DNA of 64,000 bases from Marinobacterium sp. xm-d-530 (GTDB taxonomy: Bacteria; Pseudomonadota; Gammaproteobacteria; Pseudomonadales; Balneatricaceae), in assembly GCA_949499045.1 (NCBI GenBank), contig CATEEE010000039.1, positions 3,276 to 67,275 on the forward strand, given 5' to 3'. The notes under the pieces are model-generated. The model searched no databases. It saw nothing but the letters and a program-made list of their open reading frames with translations, and was not told where the DNA came from. Within the stretch, counting starts at the first letter, position 1; the number at the start of each line of letters is the position of its first letter. The translations under genes were made by a program, and so were the position numbers. This document shows positions 19,973 to 30,483 of the stretch, piece by piece.

Positions 19973-21523
19973 TTGATGACTAAAGAGTCAATCGCAGAGA
20001 ATCATCTTAACCTTACGCCGGCCGCGTTGGTTGAGGCTGCTATCGCACGCAATGAGGGTGTATTAGCTAACACAGGCGCACTTGTTGTTACCACAGGTAA
20101 GCGCACAGGTCGTTCACCACTGGATCGTTTCATCGTTCAAGAGCCAAGCACATCCGATGCAATCTCTTGGGGTCCAATTAACCGTCCATTCGATGCAGGC
20201 AAATTTGATGCTTTATGGGCGCGTGTTGAAGCGTATATTTCTGAGCAGGAATCGTTCACTTCTGAAGTTCACGTCGGCTCTGATCCTAGTCACTACCTTG
20301 CAGTTCGTATGACAACTGAAACAGCGTGGCAAAATCTTTTTGGTCAAAACCTCTTCATCCGTCCAAGCGACTACAACCCTAAGGGTAAAGAAGAGTGGCA
20401 AATTCTAAACGCTGCTGGCTTCGAATGTGAGCCAGAGCGTGATGGCACCAACTCTGATGGTTGTGTCATTCTGAACTTCGCGCAACGTAAAGTGTTGATC
20501 GCCGGTATGCGTTACGCAGGCGAAATGAAGAAAGCGATGTTCTCTGTGCAAAACTTCCTTCTACCTGAAAAAGACGTTCTACCGATGCACTGCTCAGCGA
20601 ACATCGGTGAAGATGGCTCAACAACGCTTTTCTTCGGTCTTTCGGGCACTGGTAAAACGACTCTTTCTGCTGACCCAAGCCGTTACCTAATTGGCGATGA
20701 TGAGCACGGTTGGGCGAAAGGCGGTGTCTTCAACCTAGAAGGCGGTTGTTACGCTAAGACAATCAACCTTAGCCAGAAAAACGAACCGATCATTTGGGAT
20801 GCAATCCGTTTTGGTGCAATCGTCGAAAACGTTGTTCTAGACGAGTGTCGTGAAGCTGATTATAACGATGTTAGCCTGACTGAGAACGGCCGTTGTGCTT
20901 ACCCTCTAAGTCATGTTGAGAAACGTTCAGCAACTAACATGGGTGACGAGCCTGATAACATCGTATTCCTAACCTGCGATTTAACAGGCGTACTTCCTCC
21001 CGTCTCTATCCTGAGTAAAGAAGCAGCAGCGTACCACTTCCTATCTGGTTACACAGCGTTGGTAGGTTCTACAGAGATGGGTTCAGGTGGCGGCATTAAG
21101 TCGACCTTCTCTACCTGTTTTGGCGCACCATTCTTCCCACGTCCACCAAGCGAATACGCAGAACTTCTTATTAAGCGTATCGAAGAGTACGGCTCTAAAG
21201 TCTACCTAGTTAACACTGGTTGGACCGGTGGTAGCTACGGCACAGGTGAGCGTTTCAGCATCCCAACAACCCGCGGCATCATTTCAGCGATCCAACACGG
21301 ATACCTGAAAGATGTTGAGACTAAGCACATCCCTGGTCTAAACCTAGAAGTGCCTGTAACCGTGCAGGGTGTTGATGATAACCTACTTGTGCCACGCGAT
21401 ACTTGGGCAAATGGCGCAGATTACGACGCGGCTTGTGCAGATCTAACATCGCAATTTGTTAACAATTTCGAAAAATTCGAAGGCGTTGATGAGAAGATCA
21501 TTGCAGCGGGCCCTCAAGTTTAA
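19973..21523 (+). CDS. pckA: Phosphoenolpyruvate carboxykinase (ATP)
   Basis: [42 protein letters not shown]. Confidence 0.97.
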   Translation: MMTKESIAENHLNLTPAALVEAAIARNEGVLANTGALVVTTGKRTGRSPLDRFIVQEPSTSDAISWGPINRPFDAGKFDALWARVEAYISEQESFTSEVHVGSDPSHYLAVRMTTETAWQNLFGQNLFIRPSDYNPKGKEEWQILNAAGFECEPERDGTNSDGCVILNFAQRKVLIAGMRYAGEMKKAMFSVQNFLLPEKDVLPMHCSANIGEDGSTTLFFGLSGTGKTTLSADPSRYLIGDDEHGWAKGGVFNLEGGCYAKTINLSQKNEPIIWDAIRFGAIVENVVLDECREADYNDVSLTENGRCAYPLSHVEKRSATNMGDEPDNIVFLTCDLTGVLPPVSILSKEAAAYHFLSGYTALVGSTEMGSGGGIKSTFSTCFGAPFFPRPPSEYAELLIKRIEEYGSKVYLVNTGWTGGSYGTGERFSIPTTRGIISAIQHGYLKDVETKHIPGLNLEVPVTVQGVDDNLLVPRDTWANGADYDAACADLTSQFVNNFEKFEGVDEKIIAAGPQV

Positions 21524-21544
21524 GAGGCAGCATGCAGTATAGAG

Positions 21545-21570
21545 AGGCGACCTTAGGTCGCCTTTTTTGT
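21545..21570 (+). terminator. pckA intrinsic terminator
   Basis: AGGCGACC-TTA-GGTCGCCTTTTTT. Confidence 0.85.
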
Positions 21571-21580
21571 TTCTGTAAAA

Positions 21581-21687
21581 AGTCTGATTACGACCCTTCT
21601 CTGCCATTTCCAGGATTCGGATAAATGACTAGTTTTGGCCCATTTCGGTCCTTTAGATGGTTCTAATGAGTCGAAAAAGCGGACATT
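21581..21687. repeat. Three tandem degenerate ~30-bp palindromic units at the left edge of the accessory region
   Basis: Units at 21581-21608, 21624-21653 (AATGACTAGTTTTGGCCCATTTCGGTCCTT) and 21657-21687 (ends AGCGGACATT, the reverse complement of AATGTCCGCT at 25440). Aligned by eye. Confidence 0.45.
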
Positions 21688-21794
21688 TTGATCAATAGGT
21701 ATCCAGTATAGTTCGTGATCATTCAAATATATGAGGCATGGACTTTTTACGGCACTTGCTAAAAGTGAAGCACAAAATACCATGCCTGTATTCG

Positions 21795-23543
21795 TTAAAT
21801 ATCGAGTACTAACTTCTTAGATTTAGAACGCGAGCAGCACACTGCTATCTTTGAGTTCTGACCTTTCTCCAAATCGGTTTGTACTAGATCGCGGTGATCC
21901 GGTGATCCTTCGATTACTTTTGTCAGACAGGTTCCGCATACACCGGACTGGCATGACATTAGTACATCGATACCCTCGTCTTTAAGGCGGTTTGCGATGG
22001 TCTGTCCGGGCTCAACCTCAAACACCCGCCCTGAGCGACGTGCTTCGACCGTAAAGGCCTGGCCATTGGTGTCGATCTCAGCGCCAAAGTGCTCTTTGTG
22101 CAGGGTCGATTCATCCCAGCCCAGTGCTTTGGCTGAATCAAATATGAAATCCATAAACCCGTTAGGTCCGCAGACATAAAGGTGCTTATCTGCTTGAGGG
22201 TTTGCCAGGATTGATGGCATATTGGCTGTATTGTGATCCAGAATCAGACTGACCTGCTCAGGATAGAGGGCTTTCAGCTCGGTATAAAATGCCATTTGCT
22301 CCTTCCCACGCCCGAAATAGTACAGTTGGAAGTTTTGGTTCTGTGCACTTAATGACTCGGCCATCGCTTTGATTGGTGTAATACCGATGCCACCCCCAAA
22401 CAGAAGTGAAGTAGAGACTTTGTCTTGCAACGGAAAATGGTTTCCTTGTTTGGATATCCTGATGCTGTCACCCTCAGACAGTTTTTCGTGTATCTCGACC
22501 GACCCGCCACGGCTGTTTGGATCTTTAAGCACTGCAACTGCGCATGTGCCAGGCGAACATTGTGTTGTGTGCAGTGAATACTGACGAATTAGTCCTGAAG
22601 GTAACTCGATATCGATATGTGAACCCGGTTCAGGTTGTTCGTACCGCGTTAGATCATTTACTTCAAACACCAGTTCAACAATGGCGTCTGCGACTGGCTT
22701 TCGGCTGATGATACGTGCGTCAATCCAGCGCTCATCAACGTCTACGACTGTCGCTTCCTGCACTTCCTTTAAAGGTTCAACGTCCACTTTCACTGGCAGT
22801 GTTGCCCAAGCTCTGATCGAGTTGTTCATGGCCACTGTGGGTTCCGCAGTCAAATGGAACTGCTTGATTCGCTTGCGCATAGATTGCAGGAGTGATCGGA
22901 TCTCGAGTCGCGCTAGGTGCATCCCCATGCACATATGGATACCGTGACCGAATCCGACATGGTCGTGCACATCCCGTGTGATGTCGAAGTCATCGGGGTT
23001 GGTGTATTTACGTTCATCACGGTTAGCGGAAGCATACATCACTAACACGCGTGAACCTTCGGGAATCACGGTGCCACCGATCTCATAGTCCTTGATCGCA
23101 TAACGGGTTAGCGCACGTAAAGGGCTGGCGAGGCGCACACCTTCTTCAATCGCGTTATCGATAAGGCTAGGATCTTTACGGATCAGTTGCCACTGGTCGG
23201 GATTGTCGGCGAACAGTTTAATCAGTTGCCCAGTGGCTGAAATCGTTGAATCCAGACTGGGATTGATATAGTCACGCATCAACTGTGCACACTCATCGCG
23301 TGAAATGCCGCGAGCTTCACCTACTTCAAATATGCGATGTGCCCAACCACCTTTGACTAATTTATCTGGCGTGCCGTTCTCGTCCAGGAATTTCTTCAGG
23401 TCTTTGAGTACCTCCATAGAGGCGCGGGTACGAGGGTTATCATCGCCAAAAAGGTTGAAAGTGGCTGACGCCCATTTCAGCATTTGAGCCGGCGAGGTGT
23501 TAGGTAAGCCTACCAGCTCAGCGACAATGGGACCGTTGAACAA
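21795..23543 (-). pseudogene. 5'-truncated cytochrome P450 fused to a phthalate-dioxygenase-type reductase (FMN/NAD + [2Fe-2S])
   Basis: ExxR (EEGVR), heme motif FGHGIHMCMG, reductase RQYSL, GGGIGITP, YVCGP, ferredoxin CQSGVCGTC...CCS. P450-like sequence begins abruptly at IVAELVGLP and no RBS is visible. Confidence 0.82.
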
Positions 23544-24042
23544 TGCTAAACAGCTTCGCGTGGTGCGCTCGATGATCGATGAAGCGATCGATGCGGGAGC
23601 CGATGTCAGGGAGTGTGGACAGATCCCCGATGAGGCGATGTATGCCGAAGGCTACTTCCAGCGGCCAACGCTAGTAATTGACCCTGATCCTTCACTGAGA
23701 ATCGTTCGTGAAGAGCAATTTGGACCCGCATTGCCAATCATGCCCTTTGATACGGAAGATGAGGTAATCGCTAAAGCGAACGATAGTGAATTTGGACTTT
23801 GCTCATCAATCTGGACCGAGGACTATGAGCGAGCTGTCAGGTTGAGTCGGCGTATTGAAGCGGGCTATACCTATCTAAACGCTCATGGTCCTTCAGCACA
23901 GGATAGGAAAGGCCCCTTTGGCGGTTTTAAACACTCAGGCTTCGGAAGAAACTTTGGTTATGAAGGAGTACTGGCGTTCCAAGGATACCACTGTATTTCC
24001 GCACCGAGGGGGCGTTTGATTGCCGATGGTGTTGTCGGTTGA
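23521..24042 (+). pseudogene. C-terminal fragment of an aldehyde dehydrogenase
   Basis: TMGPLNN, GYFQRPTLV, EEQFGP, ANDSEFGL, PFGGFKHSGFGR. Only about 173 aa remain; the NAD-binding region and catalytic Cys region are absent. Confidence 0.85.
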
Positions 24043-25298
24043 AAACCAAAGGTCACAGCTACACAAGCGGATCAGCCTTTGCCCCATGACTGATCCTAGC
24101 CTCTGGGATAATTGCAGCACTCCATGTTGGTAAATTATCGCCAGCTTTAAGTTCATTAACCGATGCATTTCAGCTAACAGCAGCAGAATCAGGCTGGTTG
24201 TTGTCGGTCATCCAGTTAGTGGGGGCTACGAGTAGTGTGCTATTGGGATTTGTCATAGGTCAAATCGGTCCTCGTACCAGTCTATTGACGGGTCTTCTGG
24301 TTACTGCAATTTCGAGTCTAGCAGGGGGGTGGGCTTCATCTGGTACCCAGCTATTGATTTTGAGAATTCTTGAAGGCTTAGGTTTTGTATTGATAGTACT
24401 ACCCGGCCCAGGATTACTTCGCCAGTTCGTACATCCGCGTAAGATAAATCTATGGGTGGGCTACTGGGGCGGCTTCATGGGTGCTGGTGTTGGTATGGCG
24501 ATGCTGATGGGCCCAAGGTTTATCGATATATCGGGTTGGCAGAATTGGTGGATTTTTAGCGGTCTGATCACAATATTGGTGATGTTCCTTGCCTACTTGG
24601 TTATCCCCACTGCAACTATTCCTGCCGTTTGCTTAAAATCTGGCAGCTATTCTGAACGTATCAAAAAAGACCTACTGTGTGTGATCCAAGACCCTAGGGT
24701 TGGTCTGCTTGCTGGAGTTTTCGCTCTCTGTGCTGGACAGTGGCTGGCTGTCATGGGCTTTTTACCATCAATATATGAAGCTAATGGTTTAGATTCTAAT
24801 AAAATATCGATTTATACTGCGTTAATAGCATTCTCGAGTGTAATCGGAAATCTGTTGGCTGGGCGTCTTCTGCACCATTCTGCCTCACCTATCTACCTAG
24901 TACGCTTGTCCTATTCAGCTATGGTTATCGCATCAATTGTGTTGTTTTCATACCCTGCAAAAGCTAGCTTCATTATTCCTTATGCATCGGCAATCGTATT
25001 CTCCTTTTTTGCGGGTGTAATTCCGGCGGTTATATTCTCAATCGTTGTAAATCAGTTTGGTGTGAGTACTAAAACTTCTACGGTTATTGGCTTAGTTCAA
25101 CAGATTTCCGCATTTGCTCAGCTATCGATTCCGCCACTACTGGGTTGGTATATTAGCGTTGCGGGTGGGTGGAGTATGGCGTGGACCTTATTGTTATCTT
25201 TATCAACCGTTGGGGTTTTACTAACAGCAAAATTGTCTCCCAGTGTGCACTATGCATCGCAGCATGAGCTGTCGTCATTCAAAAGGAGGGCTGACTGA
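24039..25298 (+). pseudogene. MFS transporter (CynX/NimT-like) with an in-frame nonsense codon
   Basis: The frame extends upstream of the tracked ORF (LILASGIIAALHVGKLSPAL) to a TTG at 24039 overlapping the ALDH stop. It is interrupted by TGA at 24087-24089. Confidence 0.7.
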
Positions 25299-25439
25299 GG
25301 CCTCCAAATTATTTAGCCTTGTTTCATGAGTGTGGATATTTTGTTCCAACAATGTCGTCTACTGGGAACTACATTCTGTGTATGCGCTTCGTTATCAGTA
25401 ATACGAGGCTAGTTCCGGCGGTTTGACCTGGTTAATTGT

Positions 25440-25543
25440 AATGTCCGCTACCGAGAAATCGAAATATTCCTGTTTAGACCGCAAAGTGCGCGTCTGAGCA
25501 CATCGGAATCGTTGTGGTAAGGTTTGGGCCTTGGCGGACTATT
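25440..25543. repeat. Degenerate palindromic units at the internal module junction
   Basis: AATGTCCGCTACCGAGAAATCG (25440-25461) and GTGGTAAGGTTTGGGCCTTGGCGGACTATT (25514-25543). Confidence 0.45.
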
Positions 25544-25780
25544 AGGGGAGAAGTCAGTGTTTAACTAATATTGATGTTTGGTTAGTCATCGTACCTACCC
25601 CCTGATAAGATAACTGAAGCGGGTAGTAGGTGGTCTTGGTTAGTCTATGGTTACACCTTTCAGATGAATTCTGGTTGAATGATCAATAGGCAAATCCATC
25701 TTGGTTGAATCCGCGAACAACAGCTTCCCCGGATGGAGTTTTTCATATTTGTTTGTGCCCGCCCAATCAAGGAACGTTAA

Positions 25781-26677
25781 GTGAACTATAAAAGGTTGGA
25801 AACTTTCCTTCTGGTATCAACGCTGGGGAGTTTTCGTAAAGCAGCAGAACGTCTATTCACCACTCAGCCAGCCGTTTCCAACCGAATCAGCGCGCTTGAG
25901 GAGGAGCTCGGGTGCCGCTTATTCGAACGCGAGCAAGGTCTCGGCGGCATACGGTTGACAGCTAAGGGAGAGGAACTGCTACCGTACGCTGAGAAGATTG
26001 TCTTCATGTCGAATCAATTAAGGCAGCGGGCTGATTCGGAGCTTCAGCAGGCAGGCCTGCTTCGGCTCGGCGTATCAGAGACGATCGTGCACTCTTGGCT
26101 TCCATCATTGATGACCGCGCTACATGAAGAGATGCCCAATCTCGATATCGAACTGACCGTTGATGTCACGAGCAATCTCAGAGCGTCTCTTATTGATCAC
26201 TCAATTGACCTAGCGTTTTTAATGGGGCCTATCAGCGAACCGCAAATCGTGAATGAGGATTTGTGTAGCTTCCCTGTCCACTGGGTTGCCAGTCCAAAAC
26301 TAGATCTTCCGGATCGCTGTCTGAAACTGACCGAGTTGCAGAATTGGCCGATCATTACGTACGCCAAGAACACCAAGCCCTTTGCAGAGATCAGTAACAG
26401 ATTCAAGAAAATAGAGGATACCCCAACGCGATTTTTTTCGTCGAGCTCGCTCGCGGCATCGATGAAAATGACCTTGGATGGCGTAGGAATATCGGCACTG
26501 CCATCAGCGGTAATTCAGAGTGAGCTCGAGCGTGGGGAATTAGTCCGTTTGAGCGTTGAATGGGAGCCTCGTGAGCTGTTTTTTACAGCTTCATACGCAA
26601 CAGTGCCGCCAAATTACCTGGTTCGCCGAGCTTGCTCACGGGCTGTTGAGCTTGCGGCTGAATACCGAGCTGAATGA
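25781..26677 (+). CDS. LysR family transcriptional regulator
   Basis: N-terminal HTH SFRKAAERLFTTQPAVSNRISALEEELG, 298 aa, GTG start. Confidence 0.95.
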   Translation: MNYKRLETFLLVSTLGSFRKAAERLFTTQPAVSNRISALEEELGCRLFEREQGLGGIRLTAKGEELLPYAEKIVFMSNQLRQRADSELQQAGLLRLGVSETIVHSWLPSLMTALHEEMPNLDIELTVDVTSNLRASLIDHSIDLAFLMGPISEPQIVNEDLCSFPVHWVASPKLDLPDRCLKLTELQNWPIITYAKNTKPFAEISNRFKKIEDTPTRFFSSSSLAASMKMTLDGVGISALPSAVIQSELERGELVRLSVEWEPRELFFTASYATVPPNYLVRRACSRAVELAAEYRAE

Positions 26678-26742
26678 TAAGATTTATTTATAATTAGTAC
26701 AAATAAATTATAATTCGACATGAGGTATGGCTCCGCTACTAT
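26677..26742 (+). promoter_or_regulatory. LysR-type box and sigma70-like promoter of the hydro-lyase/TRAP/pxp operon
   Basis: ATAA-N7-TTAT at 26677-26691; TCGACA (26715-26720), N16, TACTAT (26737-26742). Confidence 0.5.
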
Positions 26743-26778
26743 TGGGAAGTACTTCTAAGCGTCAGGAATGCGGAGACA

Positions 26779-27588
26779 ATGAAAGCATATTCAAAATACA
26801 AACAAGGCTTACTGGATAACTCCCTCGAACATCGCTCAGCCATACGCAACGGTAGCTACAGTGGAACAACTTCAGGCCTCGCACCCGGGTTCGTGCAAGG
26901 TAACGTTGTAATTCTCCCGTCAGCTTACGCTGAGGACTTTTACAAATTTTGTCATCAAAACCCAACGCCTTGCCCTTTGATTTCTGTGTCTGAAGCAGGC
27001 GATCCGAGTATGCCGGCGCTGGGAAAAGATTTGGACATCCGCACCGACATTCCAGAGTATCTAGTGTTTCGTGATGGGCAAGTTGCCGAAACCCTGACCG
27101 ATCTCACCTCAATATGGAGAGACGATTTAGTTACCTTCGTTCTGGGGTGTTCATTCTCGTTTGAGGATGCACTGCAGTCAGCTGGCATACCTGTGCGCAA
27201 TGTAGACAGCTGCTCGAATGTTTCGATGTATCGCACTAATATCCCTACCAAACCTGCCGGCCCTTTCAAGGGGGATTTGGTTGTGACAATGCGACCCTTC
27301 AGCCCAAAGGATGCAATTAGGGCGATTCAAATTACTACAAGGCTACCTAAGGCACATGGCGCGCCCGTGCATATAGGATCACCATCACTTATTGGGATTC
27401 GAGATCTCAGTAAGCCTGAGTTTGGCGACCCCGTCGATATCTATGAGCACGAAATCCCGGTCTACTGGGGCTGCGGCGTTACCACTCAGGTCGCGTTAGA
27501 GGGGGCTAAACTACCCTTTGCGATTACACATGTGCCAGGAAAAATGATCATAACGGAGTTGCTTAATGAGGAGCTCTCGGTCCTTTAA
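26779..27588 (+). CDS. Putative hydro-lyase, D-glutamate cyclase family (YcsI/UPF0317-like)
   Basis: [64 protein letters not shown]. Confidence 0.88.
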   Translation: MKAYSKYKQGLLDNSLEHRSAIRNGSYSGTTSGLAPGFVQGNVVILPSAYAEDFYKFCHQNPTPCPLISVSEAGDPSMPALGKDLDIRTDIPEYLVFRDGQVAETLTDLTSIWRDDLVTFVLGCSFSFEDALQSAGIPVRNVDSCSNVSMYRTNIPTKPAGPFKGDLVVTMRPFSPKDAIRAIQITTRLPKAHGAPVHIGSPSLIGIRDLSKPEFGDPVDIYEHEIPVYWGCGVTTQVALEGAKLPFAITHVPGKMIITELLNEELSVL

Positions 27589-27630
27589 ACCGCCAGATAC
27601 AGGCATCAATAAAAACAATGGAGATCAACC

Positions 27631-28599
27631 ATGTTAAAGAAATTTGCATACACCGCACTTCTCGCAACTAGTCTTGCGGCCACTAGTGTTCAAGCAGCCA
27701 AGTGGAATATGCCGACACCCTACGGTGACGCAAACCTTCCAACCAAGATTGCTTATGCGTTCGCGGAGGAGATAACTGCTGCTAGTAATGGTGAAATCGA
27801 AGTTACCGTGCATTCTGGCGCCTCGCTGATTAAGCACCCAGAAATTCCCCGCGCGGTGAAGACTGGTCAGGTTCAGCTTGGTGAGATTTTTATCGGTATC
27901 ATGGGTAACACACACCCTGTTTTCAAACACGACAATATTCCGTTTCTTGCAACCAATTACGAAGATGCAGAGAAACTCTGGAACGCAGCGCGACCTGAAG
28001 TTGAAAAGCAACTGGAACGCGAAGGCATGACACTGCTTTACACTGTGCCTTGGCCGGCCCAGAGCCTCTACACTAAAAAGCCAGTGGCTAAACTTGAAGA
28101 TCTTCAGGGGCTCAAGATGCGTGCTTACAGTCCGTCAACATCGCGCCTTGCAGATCTGATGAATACCACGCCAACAACGGTACAGGTTCCTGAGATTCCG
28201 CAAGCGTTCAGCACTGGAATCATCGATGCGATGATCACATCACCCTCCACAGGTGCTAATGGGCAGGCTTGGGACTATCTGTCACACTACACAGACATCG
28301 CGGCATGGATTCCGAAGAACGTGATTGTAGCCAATACTCGTGCCTTCAAAGGCTTGAGCGCCGAGACTCAGCAAGCGATCATGGATGCCGCGGCTAAAGC
28401 CGAGGCTAAAGGTTGGGAAGGAGTTCGTGCTCAAGCCAAAATGGATACTGACACGCTTGCAACAAACGGTATCCAGGTTAGTGCACCAAGTGCCGAACTG
28501 ATGTCTGCTCTTCAAGAAATCGGCACTGTAATGGTTGACGAGTGGAAAGCTGAAGCGCCTGAAGAAGTCTCAGCTATTCTGAGCGCTTACGGTAAGTAA
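27631..28599 (+). CDS. TRAP transporter substrate-binding protein (DctP family)
   Basis: Signal peptide, KWNMPTPY, DLQGLKMRAY, precedes small and large TRAP permeases. Confidence 0.93.
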   Translation: MLKKFAYTALLATSLAATSVQAAKWNMPTPYGDANLPTKIAYAFAEEITAASNGEIEVTVHSGASLIKHPEIPRAVKTGQVQLGEIFIGIMGNTHPVFKHDNIPFLATNYEDAEKLWNAARPEVEKQLEREGMTLLYTVPWPAQSLYTKKPVAKLEDLQGLKMRAYSPSTSRLADLMNTTPTTVQVPEIPQAFSTGIIDAMITSPSTGANGQAWDYLSHYTDIAAWIPKNVIVANTRAFKGLSAETQQAIMDAAAKAEAKGWEGVRAQAKMDTDTLATNGIQVSAPSAELMSALQEIGTVMVDEWKAEAPEEVSAILSAYGK

Positions 28600-28657
28600 G
28601 TTAAACTTCTGGCCACCGGTCCAAAGCTGATCGGTGGCCTAGCGAAGCGATCCCCCT

Positions 28658-29176
28658 ATGAAGCCTACAAGAGAGTACTTCTATCTAAGTTCGGGATATG
28701 GCGCAGGGATCTGCATCATTCTCATAATGCTGATCATACTGGCGCAAATTGTCGGGCGAATGTTTGGATTCATTGTGCCCTCTGCGGAGGACTTTTCCGG
28801 TTATTTCCTAGCGGCAGCTACCTTCCTGGGTTTGGCGTACACCTTCCGCACCGGTGGTCACATTAGGGTAACTTTGTTAATCCACCGAGTGCCCCAGCGG
28901 TTAGCTAAAGCCATGGAAGCTTTGGTGCTGCTACTGGCGTTGTGTCTGACTTCATTTATGAGCTTTTACTCGGTTCACCTTATTTGGGAATCTTATGTCT
29001 TCAACGACGTGAGCTACGGTTACATACCCGTGCCGTTGTGGATACCACAGATTCCGTTGGGTGTTGGCTGTGTGGCGCTTAATCTAGCAGTCTTAGACGA
29101 TTTCGTTGGTATGTTGCGAGGGCGTGACCCCTCCTATCGAGCGCATGAAGATGAGCTCAAACTGGAGGAGTCCTAA
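28658..29176 (+). CDS. TRAP transporter small permease (DctQ family)
   Basis: Four TM segments, GGHIRVTLL motif. Confidence 0.92.
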   Translation: MKPTREYFYLSSGYGAGICIILIMLIILAQIVGRMFGFIVPSAEDFSGYFLAAATFLGLAYTFRTGGHIRVTLLIHRVPQRLAKAMEALVLLLALCLTSFMSFYSVHLIWESYVFNDVSYGYIPVPLWIPQIPLGVGCVALNLAVLDDFVGMLRGRDPSYRAHEDELKLEES

Positions 29177-30483
29177 TGGAAATTACTGCGCTCTCAATTA
29201 CTTTAGCCCTATTCATGCTCTTGGTGTTGGCAGCGGGGCTTTGGGTCTCTTTGTCGCTGCTGGCGGTTGCGATCTTTGGGCTTTACCTCTCAGGTAACGA
29301 TCAGATTGGACTGCTTTTCGCCACCTCGAGTTGGGGAGCAAGCACATCATGGTCGCTTACAGCACTCCCCATGTTCATCTGGATGGGTGAGATACTATTT
29401 CGCACCCGCTTATCCGAAGATCTGTTTAAAGGACTCTCACCTTGGTTGGGAAAACTTCCGGGTAAGTTGCTGCACGTAAACATTCTTAGCTGCGGCATCT
29501 TCGCTGCTGTTTCCGGGTCATCAGCCGCCACAGCTGCCACAATTGGTCGAATGACGCTTCCTGAGCTGAAAGCGCAGGGATATAGCGAACGTATGGCAGT
29601 GGGTACTCTGGCAGGCTCAGGTACACTTGGTCTGCTTATTCCGCCATCGATAATTCTTATTGTTTATGGAGTCGCCGCTGAGGTATCTATTGGACGTCTT
29701 TTCATCGCGGGCGCTCTGCCCGGGTTGATGCTAGTTGTACTTTTTATGGGATACACTGCTATCTGGGCTAAATTGAACGAAGATGAGTTACCCAAAGGTG
29801 ATTCTGGGTCGATCAGTCTGGTCGAGAAGATAGTTGCGCTGCGCAAACTCGTGCCGATCGTTGGCTTGATACTCTTTGTTTTGGGTTCTATCTACGGAGG
29901 ATTTACCACACCAACTGAGGCGGCTGCGCTGGGCGTATTCGGCGCACTAATCCTAGCACTCGTGACCAAAACCTTGAGCCTCGATAGTTTCAAACAGAGT
30001 CTTCTGGGAGCAGTTCGCAGCTCATGTATGATCGGTCTGATATTGGTTGCTGCTCATTTTCTTACACTAGCCATGGGATTTTTGGGTATACCCCGAGAGC
30101 TAGCCCAATGGATCGGGGGTATGTCACTAAATACCTTCGAGTTACTGCTGTATCTAACCGTTCTGTTTGTGATTCTTGGTTGCTTTCTGGACGGTATCTC
30201 TGTGGTTGTGCTGACTGTAGCCGTCGTGCTGCCGCTAATTCAGCAGGCAAATATTGACCTCATTTGGTTTGGTATTTACATCGTTCTGGTTGTTGAACTC
30301 TCGCAAATCACACCGCCGGTTGGTTTCAATCTATTTGTGATTCAGGCGCTAACCGGAAGAGATATTCTCTATGTTGCTCGTGCCGCTATACCGTTTTTCA
30401 TGCTGATTCTAATTGCAATACTGCTAATCAGTTGGTTTCCACAAATCGTGACTTACCTACCACAGACAATGACGCGGGGATGA
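29176..30483 (+). CDS. TRAP transporter large permease (DctM family)
   Basis: ALPMFIWMGEIL, SGSSAATAATIG, GTLGLLIPPSI, ITPPVGFNLFV. Confidence 0.95.
   Translation: MEITALSITLALFMLLVLAAGLWVSLSLLAVAIFGLYLSGNDQIGLLFATSSWGASTSWSLTALPMFIWMGEILFRTRLSEDLFKGLSPWLGKLPGKLLHVNILSCGIFAAVSGSSAATAATIGRMTLPELKAQGYSERMAVGTLAGSGTLGLLIPPSIILIVYGVAAEVSIGRLFIAGALPGLMLVVLFMGYTAIWAKLNEDELPKGDSGSISLVEKIVALRKLVPIVGLILFVLGSIYGGFTTPTEAAALGVFGALILALVTKTLSLDSFKQSLLGAVRSSCMIGLILVAAHFLTLAMGFLGIPRELAQWIGGMSLNTFELLLYLTVLFVILGCFLDGISVVVLTVAVVLPLIQQANIDLIWFGIYIVLVVELSQITPPVGFNLFVIQALTGRDILYVARAAIPFFMLILIAILLISWFPQIVTYLPQTMTRG

Noticed and set aside
21553-21783. 76-aa minus-strand ORF
   Set aside because: Runs through the palindromic-unit cluster and the pckA terminator, with no recognisable motif.
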